A stretch of DNA of 64,000 nt from Nitrospirota bacterium. Its GTDB lineage: Bacteria; Nitrospirota; UBA9217. Below the pieces are notes generated by a model. That model was not told where the DNA came from, searched no databases, and saw nothing but the letters and a program-made list of their open reading frames with translations. Positions 20,389 through 29,458 of the stretch are shown piece after piece. Within the stretch, counting starts at the first letter, position 1. Each line of letters opens with the position of its first letter. The translations under genes and the position numbers were made by a program. Where the stretch lies: assembly GCA_963749655.1 (NCBI GenBank), contig CAVVOB010000029.1, forward strand, positions 1 through 64,000. Direction: 5' to 3'.

Positions 20389-20403
20389 CCCGCGTCGTTA
20401 TCT
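20342..20403 (+). other. attC 9
   Basis: TTCTAAC...GTTATCT. Confidence 0.9.
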
Positions 20404-20406
20404 CTT

Positions 20407-21003
20407 ATGAAGATCCTGATAAAAACAATAACAATCTTTTTTCTTTCGCTGGGGATATTGAGCGACTACGGGATAACGTGTGCGACCGAAACTAACAATC
20501 ATTCCTCCCCCATTGATACCAAAAGAAAGCCTTCCAAATCGATTGAGAATAAACGCAAGTACAAATTCCCATCAATCATGGTTAAACACGATATGCATCA
20601 TTGTAATAAAGATGGCGACTACAACTGCACGCCGCTTCTCGGGAATTTGGTGGTAAACAGTTGGGACATAATACATGATAAGTATGGTCGTCAGTGCAAA
20701 TATTCTTCGCCTGCAATTACCTATGCTGAATTAAAGGAATACCTGCATTTCAACGACGATGAGGTAATCTACCTGGAAAATCCGAAACCAGGCGCACCAC
20801 AGGCGGTCATAAGAACGGAATGGCTCACATGCAACATCACTTTCTTAAATCAAGTTTATGATAGGCAAGATGCGTCAGTTAAGCTGACCGCAGTTTTGAT
20901 TGACAACGAGGTTATGGCTAATTCTCTAAAAGACGAGGAATATCGCAAAAAAAAAGGAATCATAAGAACATTACTAGATTTCTTTGATGTCGTCCATCAA
21001 TAG
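20407..21003 (+). CDS. Cassette 10: exported hypothetical protein
   Basis: 198 aa with signal-peptide-like N-terminus. Confidence 0.6.
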   Translation: MKILIKTITIFFLSLGILSDYGITCATETNNHSSPIDTKRKPSKSIENKRKYKFPSIMVKHDMHHCNKDGDYNCTPLLGNLVVNSWDIIHDKYGRQCKYSSPAITYAELKEYLHFNDDEVIYLENPKPGAPQAVIRTEWLTCNITFLNQVYDRQDASVKLTAVLIDNEVMANSLKDEEYRKKKGIIRTLLDFFDVVHQ

Positions 21004-21039
21004 ACTTTCTATTCAAAAGGTTTTGAACTACGCGCGCGT

Positions 21040-21098
21040 CGACAACCTGCCGGTCCACAGCGACGCGCCATAGGCGGCGCGTGACCGGCGTGTTGAGC
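21040..21098 (+). other. attC 10, MITE inserted at its GTT
   Basis: CGACAAC...GCCGGTCCAC/GTGACCGGC...GTT|GAGC. Confidence 0.88.
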
Positions 21099-21311
21099 CT
21101 GTAGGAAAAGTCCTGAAAAGGCCTTTTTTGCACTTCCAAGACAGCGACGAATTTTTGCTGATGCTAATAGGAATGGCGATGGCGACGATTCTGAGCCCTA
21201 ATGACAGGCTCATTCTCACTCGGCCATCATCGAACGACATTGCGGCAGTTTAATCGCGATATGCGAAGACTGGCGCGTTGGGGTTCAAAAAGGGACTTAT
21301 TCTACAGACTC
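21095..21311 (+). mobile_element. 217-bp non-autonomous element (MITE) with IS1182-type ends
   Basis: IRs GAGCCTGTAGGAAAAGTCC / GGACTTATTCTACAGACTC resemble the ends of the two IS1182 copies; GTT at 21092-21094 and 21312-21314; no transposase. Confidence 0.88.
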
Positions 21312-21329
21312 GTTAGTCTGGAGTTGATA

Positions 21330-22277
21330 ATGAAATTCTCACGCCTTTTAAATGCAGTCTCTCTTCTTTTACTGATCACATCAAATGCAAATGCACAGCT
21401 GAACGATGGCAGCAAATTCGCCGATATTTTGTTTCCAGGGACCAACCAGTTGGCGAATCTGAAATCGACACCATTATCTAGCGCAGAAATTATTGCTTTA
21501 GATGGCAATATTGACCTACCTATTGACCCACACCGTGAAAAACAGTCATTTGACGAACAGATCAAGTCTTTTGCCATAGCCTCGGTTAAACATTTATTTG
21601 AAGGAGCGCGAAAGAAAGACGACAACCCGGAGTGGTATCTGAACCAGTTACAGTTTGATAAATTTGACCTGGGGAAAGGTCGGGTGGGAATAATCTGTTC
21701 TTCTTACTTTGGCGCTGAAGACATGTATGACGCAATATGGATGAAGCAAGGAAATTATTACAGGTATTCGGGCCAATTAATAGGCAAAATAGTAAAGATA
21801 TTTAGGAACACTAATAAACAACCATTTACCATTGTGACGAGAAGTGGGTGGTGTTGCGCATCAGGAATCGGCGAGTTTAATCTATATAGCCCAAAAGATG
21901 ATTCAGGGTTTATTTCCTATGAGTTGACCCAGTCTATTCAAGAACACGCAGCCGTTAAAATGCCTGAAAACCGAATGGATGCAAAAAGGATCCAGGTCGT
22001 GGAGCAACGCTATCGTCTCAGAGAATCCCCAGAGATAGATGACAAACCATACATGAATGAGTTTGAAGGTGACGAAGTTATCGGCAATGTACTCGCTGAA
22101 TTTAAGACAGGCGATAAGGGTACGGCAATTGCTGAGAAAACTGACAATACAGGTAGAATATGGTGGTTTGTGATAATGGAACCAGTTGCTGGACAAACGT
22201 ATACGCGGTTCAATGATAATAAAAGTCAGTCCACGATGGGCTGGATGAGTTCACGATATCTTAAAGTAATAAAGTGA
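21330..22277 (+). CDS. Cassette 11: secreted hypothetical protein, possible C-terminal SH3-like domain
   Basis: Signal peptide MKFSRLL...ANA; LRESP...WWFV...GWMSSRYL. Confidence 0.7.
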   Translation: MKFSRLLNAVSLLLLITSNANAQLNDGSKFADILFPGTNQLANLKSTPLSSAEIIALDGNIDLPIDPHREKQSFDEQIKSFAIASVKHLFEGARKKDDNPEWYLNQLQFDKFDLGKGRVGIICSSYFGAEDMYDAIWMKQGNYYRYSGQLIGKIVKIFRNTNKQPFTIVTRSGWCCASGIGEFNLYSPKDDSGFISYELTQSIQEHAAVKMPENRMDAKRIQVVEQRYRLRESPEIDDKPYMNEFEGDEVIGNVLAEFKTGDKGTAIAEKTDNTGRIWWFVIMEPVAGQTYTRFNDNKSQSTMGWMSSRYLKVIK

Positions 22278-22282
22278 ATGAA

Positions 22283-22342
22283 GACTAACGATAACGCTCG
22301 AGAGGGTCGCTAAAAACCGCGCCCCTCAGCGTCGCGTTGAAC
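22283..22342 (+). other. attC 11, IS1182 inserted at its GTT
   Basis: GACTAAC complements GTTAGTC at 21312; ends GTT|GAAC. Confidence 0.9.
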
Positions 22343-24127
22343 CTGTAGGAAAAGTCATTTTATGCTATAATGACGCCATTAAAATGCTGCACGGAAGCAT
22401 GAATACCCCTCACCCACGGGAGCGCGCATGGCGAAATACAAAGACTACGATTATTCCCAAGGCAAATTTATCCCGATCAACTTCGACAAACAAATCCTCC
22501 CCGGCACCTTCGAACACACCCTCCACTATCTCATCGACAACGACCTCGACCTATCCGCTTTTGATCTCCGGTACAGGAACGACGAAACCGGCGCCCCGGC
22601 CTACGATCCCCGGATCATGCTCAAGATCGTCCTGTATGCCTACTCCAAAGGGATCACCTCCAGCCGGAAGATCGCCGACTGTTGCAACGAGAATGTCGTG
22701 TTCATGGCCCTGTCCGCCGACACCCGGCCGCACTTCACCACGATCGCCGATTTCATCTCATCGAACGACCAGGAGACGGTGAAGCTCTTCCTTGAAGTAC
22801 TCTTTATCTGCGACCGGATGGGCCTGATCGGCAAAGAGATGTTCGCTATCGATGGCTGCAAGCTCCCTTCGAACGCTTCAAAGGAATGGAGCGGAACTAA
22901 AAAGGATCTCGACGTAAGAAAGAAAAGATGGAGAAGGCGATCAAGGCAATGATCGCTCAGCATAAGGAACGGGACAAAACCGAGACCGACCACGCGGTAA
23001 TCGAGAAGGAAGAGCAGTATATAGCCACCCTCAAGGCGAAGATCAAAAAGATAAAAGACTTCATGAACGATAACGACGACAAGCCCGGCAGCAAGGGGCC
23101 GAGGAAGAGCAACATAACCGACAACGAAAGCGCGAATATGATGACTTCGCACGGAGTAGTCCAGGGTTACAACGGTGTAGCCATGGTGGACAGCAAACAC
23201 CAGGTAGTTGTCCATGCCGATGCGACCGGAGACTCCGAGACTGCAATACTTAAACCCATGGTCGAAGGGACCCGGGGAAACTTCAAGACAATCGGAAAAG
23301 AAGAGGACATCTTCAAAAAGACCCAACTGACGACCGATGCCGGTTTTCATTCCGCAATGAACGTGCAGATGGTAATCGAAGAAGGCATCGACGCATACAT
23401 CGCGGATAACAAGTTCCGTCATCGCGATCCCCGATATGCTACGGCCGACAGGCATAAGGAGAGGTTCAATAAAGAGATCGCAAAGAAATTCGACCGGCCG
23501 ATCGTCTTCCAGCCGAGAGACTTCACGGTGAGCCCGGATAAAAGCTTCTGCACCTGCCCGGCCGGGAAACGGATGTACAAATGCGGCAACGCGAATCATC
23601 ATGGACTCCATGCGATCAAGTATCACGGAACAAAACGAGACTGTATCCCGTGCACGCAGCGCGCGCAGTGCCTGAAGAACCCCGAAGTGACCGAAACGCG
23701 CCAGTTCTCCCATTTCACAGGCAGGACCAACAAACAAGAAAAGACCTTCACGCAGAAGATGCGAGAGAAGATAGACTCGGTGGCCGGCAAGTTGATCTAC
23801 GGACGAAGGATGGCGACGGTCGAACCGGTATTTGCTGACATCCGATCGAGTCTCGGTCTCGACCGCTTCAGTCTCAGAGGGAAAAAGAAGGTAAGCACCC
23901 AGTGGCGGCTATACTGTGTGGTTCACAACCTGCTCAAAGTGCACCGATACGGGTTCGGGTTCGCGGAAAGTTGAGATAACGGGAAGCAGAAAGAGAAAGA
24001 AAATGCAGTAGCGAGATCGACCAGGACCGATTGAATCACGCAAAAGCTCAAATCAAGAACTCACCCTGATAAAAACTTGCTACCGGGGATCAATGATGCT
24101 TTTCAAATCGACTTTTTCTACAGACTC
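22339..24127 (+). mobile_element. IS1182-family insertion sequence, copy 1 (1789 bp)
   Basis: IRs GAACCTGTAGGAAAAGTC / GACTTTTTCTACAGACTC; GTT at 22336-22338 and 24128-24130. Confidence 0.92.
22428..23974 (+). CDS. IS1182-family transposase, frameshift near 22915
   Basis: GAPAYDPRIMLKIVLYAY (DUF772-type), AIDGCK, TDAGF, CPAGK, RRMATVEPVF. Confidence 0.9.
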
Positions 24128-24161
24128 GTTATACCAGCTCAAATATTAAGGTTTGGATATC

Positions 24162-24641
24162 ATGACTAGAATAGAACGAAATTGGAAGGACAAGCAGATC
24201 CTGTTGCCATATGCTCTTCTCTGGTTAACTTTGACAGCCAACTTCTGGATGAGAACCAGGAATGAGCCGTTTGTCTTTAGTCCGCTAAATATACTTATGC
24301 TTGGCTTGTTTCTATTCATGATTTGTCATATCGCGGCAAAAGCTATCTGGCTATTCAGGAATCCGTTTGCCCTCATAGATCAGGACCGCCTTGTTATCAG
24401 TGTTGCTCCTTTTCAGAAGGAAGTAATAAAGATTCACGAAATTACAAAGGCACGAGAAATATTGTCTCGCGAGGCAATGACTATATTTGGGTTCAAGTCC
24501 GAGTATGACAACTGGGTTCTCATGTTTGACACTTTGAATAATATGACCACAACTATATCACTCAGAGCATATCTCGATAAGCGTGAGCATCTGCTGCGAC
24601 TGTTAACAGAAAATAACATTCCTATTGAGAAAGATGTATAA
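24162..24641 (+). CDS. Cassette 12: two-TM hypothetical protein
   Basis: Two N-terminal TM helices; stop at the attC. Confidence 0.6.
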   Translation: MTRIERNWKDKQILLPYALLWLTLTANFWMRTRNEPFVFSPLNILMLGLFLFMICHIAAKAIWLFRNPFALIDQDRLVISVAPFQKEVIKIHEITKAREILSREAMTIFGFKSEYDNWVLMFDTLNNMTTTISLRAYLDKREHLLRLLTENNIPIEKDV

Positions 24642-24700
24642 CATAACCTGAACGCTCGAGAGGGTCGCTAAAAAACGCGACCTTCAGCGTCGCGTTAGTC
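24641..24700 (+). other. attC 12
   Basis: ACATAAC...GTTAGTC; similar to attC 11. Confidence 0.88.
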
Positions 24701-24719
24701 CTGGCAAGATTTAAGGAAC

Positions 24720-25544
24720 GTGAAGAATATGATGACAAATTTTCTTATAGTCTTATTCTGTTTAGCCGCTGGTCTCTCGCTCGGCAATATCGCAGGTACA
24801 TCAATGTCGATGGCCCTTGGACTTGATTTACCTGCAGGACCATACATCGGAGCCGTTATGGGCGGTATCCTTGGCTTGCTGTTTTCGCCACTCTTTCTCC
24901 TGAAAAAAGTGCGCAACAACATCTTCGAGATACTTGCTTTATGTTTCGCTCTTGCAGTTCCAGTTGCCGTGATTTCTAGTCTTGCTCGGCAGCCGTGGTT
25001 CTCAATCGGACTGACTTTGGCTACTGTGATTTCCGTCTACATCTTTGCATTATGGAGGGGCGATGACACGGGCACCTCGTTGTCATCAAAAAAGAAGATT
25101 CTGTACGCTCCCTTAGCCGCTGTCGTCCTTGCATCTTTCGCCGCGTATTGGTCAGAGGACAAAAGGCTCCCTAACGACGTTCCCACATTAATAGAAATGA
25201 TGGGTGATAATGATATGGCAGTACACGTAGACGCCGCACGAAAGCTGATGAAACGAGGAAAAGAACCTTTTCTAACCGCATTACATCATAAAAACCCAAA
25301 TGTACGTGCGGTGGCAGCTCACTCTTTAGGTCTTCTCCACGACCCATCAGTTCAGGCTGCTTTAATTGAAAGCGCAACTGATCCTGATCAATATGTTCGT
25401 ATGTGGTCGGCGTTTTCGCTTGGGGTAATAGGTGATGAGAACGCGCTGCCCACTCTAACTGCTCTAACGAAAGATAAAGTGGAAGTTGTTCGAGTTGATG
25501 CACAAGAAGCGATAGCCAAACTCGAAAAACGATTGAAACACTAA
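24720..25544 (+). CDS. Cassette 13: membrane protein with C-terminal HEAT repeats
   Basis: Several TM helices, then NVRAVAAHSLG, YVRMWSAFSLG, VVRVDAQEAI. Confidence 0.8.
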   Translation: MKNMMTNFLIVLFCLAAGLSLGNIAGTSMSMALGLDLPAGPYIGAVMGGILGLLFSPLFLLKKVRNNIFEILALCFALAVPVAVISSLARQPWFSIGLTLATVISVYIFALWRGDDTGTSLSSKKKILYAPLAAVVLASFAAYWSEDKRLPNDVPTLIEMMGDNDMAVHVDAARKLMKRGKEPFLTALHHKNPNVRAVAAHSLGLLHDPSVQAALIESATDPDQYVRMWSAFSLGVIGDENALPTLTALTKDKVEVVRVDAQEAIAKLEKRLKH

Positions 25545-25596
25545 CTAATCGTTCGAGTCCCGCGCTTACTGCGCGGGGCTCAACTCGTCGTTATCG
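25539..25596 (+). other. attC 13
   Basis: CACTAAC...CCCGCGC/GCGCGGG...GTTATCG. Confidence 0.85.
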
Positions 25597-25598
25597 TC

Positions 25599-25754
25599 TC
25601 AATCTGTTGCCGGTCCGTATGGTGGCAAATTATTTTCTTTGAGGTGCTTTTCCCACGCAACCTGATCCCATGGCACATAGCCTGGATACGGCTCAATTTT
25701 AAATGCCTGATCCGTCAGGGGATCCGAAGGAAATAATTGTAATTGTTCACCCAT
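25599..25754 (-). CDS. Cassette 14: reverse-oriented 51-aa peptide
   Basis: Hand translation MGEQLQLFPSDPLTDQAFKIEPYPGYVPWDQVAWEKHLKENNLPPYGPATD; spans the cassette between its core sites. Confidence 0.55.
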   Translation of the reverse strand: MGEQLQLFPSDPLTDQAFKIEPYPGYVPWDQVAWEKHLKENNLPPYGPATD

Positions 25755-25756
25755 GA

Positions 25757-25813
25757 CGATAACCATAATTTCGACAACGACACGCTTCGCGGCGTGTCAA
25801 ATTGTCGTTAGGC
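25757..25813 (+). other. attC 14
   Basis: CGATAAC complements GTTATCG; GACACGC/GCGTGTC; GTTAGGC. Confidence 0.88.
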
Positions 25814-25867
25814 TGTAGATCAGGAAACATAATTGACCTAGACAATTCAAATGCAGAAGGGGGTATT

Positions 25868-26926
25868 ATGTTCAAGATCAGCGCGTTCCCGAAGAAGAAT
25901 CTGAAATGGTGGTTTCAGCAGGAAGCCACTATCGATTTTGATCCCGATTTCCAGCGAACTTCACGGGTCTGGAAGGATAAGGACAAAGCATTTCTGATTG
26001 ACTCTATCCTGAACGGTTTTGACATCCCCAAAATTTATGTTGCCGATTTCACAAAACACAATATCCCATCAATGAACCGTCACGGCAAGAGCTATGCTAT
26101 TATCGACGGCAAACAAAGATTAACAGCTATCTTTGCGTTCCTCCACGATCGTTTACCACTCCACAAGAAATTTCGCCTGGAGTCCCAACCAATGCTGGAT
26201 ATCGGCAACCTGCGCTTCAGCGACCTCAAGAAGCAACAACCGCAAATCGCCAGAATCATCGATAAATATGTCCTCGACGTCAAGGTTATCGAAACAGACG
26301 ACCGAAAAAAGATCAACGATGTCTTTCTTCGCCTGAATAAGGCCTCTAAAGCTTTAAACGGAGCGGAGGTTCGCAACGCTATGATTGGGCAAGCAGTTGA
26401 CGCGATACGCGACGTGGCGAAAGATAGTTTCTTCGTTCGTAGGATTCGCTTCTCTACGGATCGCAGCCAAGAACGCAATGCGACCGCGAAGATGCTGCTT
26501 CTTGAGTACGAAAGCGGTCCTACAGAGACAAAGAAAAAGAATTTAGACGCATTCGTCACAAGTATAGGCGAGAGTGGTAGTGGCCGGTTTAACCGCACCG
26601 TACGCCGGGTCAAGACCAATTTGAAAGTGCTCTCTAGCGTGTTCCGGAATCAGGACCCGTTATTAGGTGCTCAGGGGCATCTGCCCTTGTATTACATGTT
26701 CATATCGCGCCTTAGACCCGCGGACCGCCGGGCTGTTCGCGTCTTTCTTGAAACCCTTGAGCGGCAGAGGGTGCGTAATCGCAACAGGACTACTGCCGCC
26801 GGTGACCGCGCCTTGGACCAGTATGATCTTGCTAGCCGTAGTATCAACGATAAAATCAGTTTTGAGACACGCCTGCGGATTATCAGGGCTAAATATGTGT
26901 CTTGGAAGCGAAGCCATAGAATTTAG
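25868..26926 (+). CDS. Cassette 15: DUF262 (GmrSD/ParB-like) domain protein
   Basis: PDFQR..VW...LIDSILNGFDIP...IIDGKQRLTAI...VFLRLN. Confidence 0.85.
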   Translation: MFKISAFPKKNLKWWFQQEATIDFDPDFQRTSRVWKDKDKAFLIDSILNGFDIPKIYVADFTKHNIPSMNRHGKSYAIIDGKQRLTAIFAFLHDRLPLHKKFRLESQPMLDIGNLRFSDLKKQQPQIARIIDKYVLDVKVIETDDRKKINDVFLRLNKASKALNGAEVRNAMIGQAVDAIRDVAKDSFFVRRIRFSTDRSQERNATAKMLLLEYESGPTETKKKNLDAFVTSIGESGSGRFNRTVRRVKTNLKVLSSVFRNQDPLLGAQGHLPLYYMFISRLRPADRRAVRVFLETLERQRVRNRNRTTAAGDRALDQYDLASRSINDKISFETRLRIIRAKYVSWKRSHRI

Positions 26927-26986
26927 GTGTCACACATCAGCCTTGACCTCAGCGGTCATGTAGCAAGCCGTTACCTATCATAATGA

Positions 26987-27043
26987 TCCCAACCACGCCG
27001 TCGAGAGGGTCGCAAAAACGCGCCCCTCACGGCGGCGTTGTAC
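26987..27043 (+). other. attC 15
   Basis: TCCCAAC...GTTGTAC. Confidence 0.9.
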
Positions 27044-27076
27044 GTAAATAATGTTTTATCCTATTGAGGAGATAGC

Positions 27077-27514
27077 ATGCTTCCATCCAAAGACGGAATA
27101 GACAAATGGATAAAAGACCAGATATGGAAAATAGCAGCAGCGCCACTGCTATCGTTATTATCTCTTCTGAGTCCGAGTGTGAGAAAATTCCTAATTGACC
27201 ACATTCTCCCATTGCTATCACAAAAAATACTGCTGATAACCACGCTGCTGTGCTCATACCTATCAGTTCTTTTGTTCCTAGCAATTTGTTCCCTCCGCAA
27301 AGAAATAAGAGATATTCAATGTCTAAAAGCCGACTTTGGAATTTATTGGGATAAAAATAAAAAACCATTTTGCCCAAATTGTAAAATTCCACTCTCCGGC
27401 TATAGTGAAAATCCCCAGCCCGTTTTCTATTGTCATGGGCATGATAAGCTGGTTTATATACACGACAATAAAGGCGTCCCCATTACCCAATCTGAAGCTC
27501 AAAGCAGATTATGA
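27077..27514 (+). CDS. Cassette 16: TM + zinc-ribbon-like hypothetical protein
   Basis: Hydrophobic N-half; FCPNCK...FYCHGH. Confidence 0.65.
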   Translation: MLPSKDGIDKWIKDQIWKIAAAPLLSLLSLLSPSVRKFLIDHILPLLSQKILLITTLLCSYLSVLLFLAICSLRKEIRDIQCLKADFGIYWDKNKKPFCPNCKIPLSGYSENPQPVFYCHGHDKLVYIHDNKGVPITQSEAQSRL

Positions 27515-27527
27515 TAAAAGAACACGA

Positions 27528-27587
27528 TTACAACCACCGCGTCCACATCGACTCGCCAAAAAGCGGCGAGTGACGCGGACGTTAGTC
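27528..27587 (+). other. attC 16
   Basis: TTACAAC...GTTAGTC. Confidence 0.88.
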
Positions 27588-27607
27588 CTCAAAGGAGAAG
27601 TACTTCT

Positions 27608-28198
27608 ATGGCTTATCAAGGTCACAGAAAATTAATCGTAGGCCTCTCGCTGCTGATTATTCTATTAATGCTAGGTTGTGACTTGACCGGTGCCAAAAAT
27701 TCAAAACAAATAAGTTATTCAAATACGCTTAACACTCCCGAAGAAGTCGTCGCCCTGTTTTGCGACATGGATTATTCTGGCAAGCGGTTATCAGGCTCAA
27801 CATGGAAAGAAATTCTTCCATACATAACATGGCCGGATGAACCAGGTTGGGATACAGTTCTTGTGGTGTCAAAATACAAACTTGCAGACGTTAAGCGTTC
27901 GGACAACACCGCTGACATTACAGTTGAGTACCATGTCGTGGGCAAGTACGGCACAGAATTATTGCAGGTTGACAAGATTGAAAAGGTACCTTTCAAAGTA
28001 ATCAAAACTGAAAATGGATGGAAAATTAATAGTCCCGACTCGATGTTGCCGCATGTTTCTCCAATGACATTATTGTCGAACTTGGAGGACAGACTTAAGG
28101 AAGAACAAGACTCGTCAATATCAAATAGGCTGCGACAAGAAATCGCTATCTTGAAAGCAAATCAAACTACTAAAGTGCAACAAACAATGAAAGACTAA
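27608..28198 (+). CDS. Cassette 17: putative lipoprotein
   Basis: Lipobox MLGC after a hydrophobic signal. Confidence 0.7.
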   Translation: MAYQGHRKLIVGLSLLIILLMLGCDLTGAKNSKQISYSNTLNTPEEVVALFCDMDYSGKRLSGSTWKEILPYITWPDEPGWDTVLVVSKYKLADVKRSDNTADITVEYHVVGKYGTELLQVDKIEKVPFKVIKTENGWKINSPDSMLPHVSPMTLLSNLEDRLKEEQDSSISNRLRQEIAILKANQTTKVQQTMKD

Positions 28199-28253
28199 TA
28201 CCCGTCGTTCGACAGCGACGCGCCAAAGGCGGCGCATCAGGCGGGCGTTAGCG
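28193..28253 (+). other. attC 17, degenerate (R'' AAC>AAT)
   Basis: GACTAAT...GACGCGCCAAAGGCGGCGC...GTTAGCG. Confidence 0.8.
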
Positions 28254-28290
28254 CGATAATGATTTCTATTGCCGCAGAGGACCTTACATA

Positions 28291-28857
28291 ATGAATACAA
28301 AGAATGGACAGATCATAGCGCATACGGACTATATCAATGCTCGATTTGAATCATCAAAATTACAATATGCAATGATCATATCTATGATTTTTGTCGGGCC
28401 ACTGGGGCTTCTCTATGGCTTCACTGGCTTACTGGCAAGTCAAGATTTTAAATTTAACGGACCAGTTAAGATAATGTTAGTCATAGTTTGCCTCGCTTTG
28501 GTCGGAGTTGCAGCAGTTTTCAAGTCACTAAGGAAATATTGGGTTTTTAAAATATCTACAACTCATACCGGCATCACCTCTGTCGGTCTGTTCAGAACGA
28601 TTTACGCAAATTGGCATGAAATAATGTCAATTGATGTCATTTCAACCGGAATCTTATTTGGCGGGCAAATGGTTGTTGTTCGGACACGTCCAGGAGATTT
28701 TTATTTCCCATTAACCATGAAGGAAAAAGGAAATGAATTCCCTAAATTAGATTTATTGGGGGAAAAGTGGGTGGATTCCACTGGCTTGAAGAGACCGATT
28801 GCGCCAGAGAATTGCTCACTTTATTCAGCTGTAAAAAATAATCTAAGCAAACAATGA
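28291..28857 (+). CDS. Cassette 18: two-TM hypothetical protein
   Basis: 188 aa; two TM helices then a soluble domain. Confidence 0.65.
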   Translation: MNTKNGQIIAHTDYINARFESSKLQYAMIISMIFVGPLGLLYGFTGLLASQDFKFNGPVKIMLVIVCLALVGVAAVFKSLRKYWVFKISTTHTGITSVGLFRTIYANWHEIMSIDVISTGILFGGQMVVVRTRPGDFYFPLTMKEKGNEFPKLDLLGEKWVDSTGLKRPIAPENCSLYSAVKNNLSKQ

Positions 28858-28863
28858 CTATCT

Positions 28864-28923
28864 TTCCAACATGCCGGTCCACAGCGACGCGCCAAAAGGC
28901 GGCGCGTGACCGGCGTGTTATCT
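28864..28923 (+). other. attC 18
   Basis: TTCCAAC...GTTATCT. Confidence 0.9.
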
Positions 28924-29458
28924 GCGAAAAATTATGTCGATAAAACATCTATCACAAGTTGAAGTCGCAATAATAGGAGAATGCTTAAAGGCGGCCTCCT
29001 CTGGTCCTTTTTTACGTCAGGGACAATTCTTTGATGAAGAAGTCCTGGGCTTTAATCTTGACGAACTACTTGACGTGTCTTCCAAATGGCCGCAGGTTTT
29101 CCTAGATAACAAAATTAATAGTGTCGTTAACAATGTACTCGCCGCGTTTATGCCAGATGGCTATCCATTGTATAAACGAGAGGATTGGGACAAGTGGATA
29201 TCGGCTTCGCCTGCCGAAGTTGACGAGATTTTAGCAAAATGGCGACGTCGCGATTGTCCGTTGAATGAAAAAGAAGCCGTTGAACTTGCCTCAAAGTACG
29301 CATTCAATGACGAAATTAATAACGCTGAATTTAAAATTGAAAAGAAGCCTGTTGCCAATTTCAAAGTCAACATCAGTTATAACAAATCTTGGGGCTGGGT
29401 CTTTAGACTAGAACCAGCATCAGATTTTTTAAGGCCAGTAGTGATAGTTAATAAATAT

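Noticed and set aside
21201-21329. N-terminal extensions of the cassette 11 ORF (and cassette 20, 32757-32861)
   Set aside because: These run through MITE/IS ends; better starts with RBS and signal peptide are at 21330 and 32862
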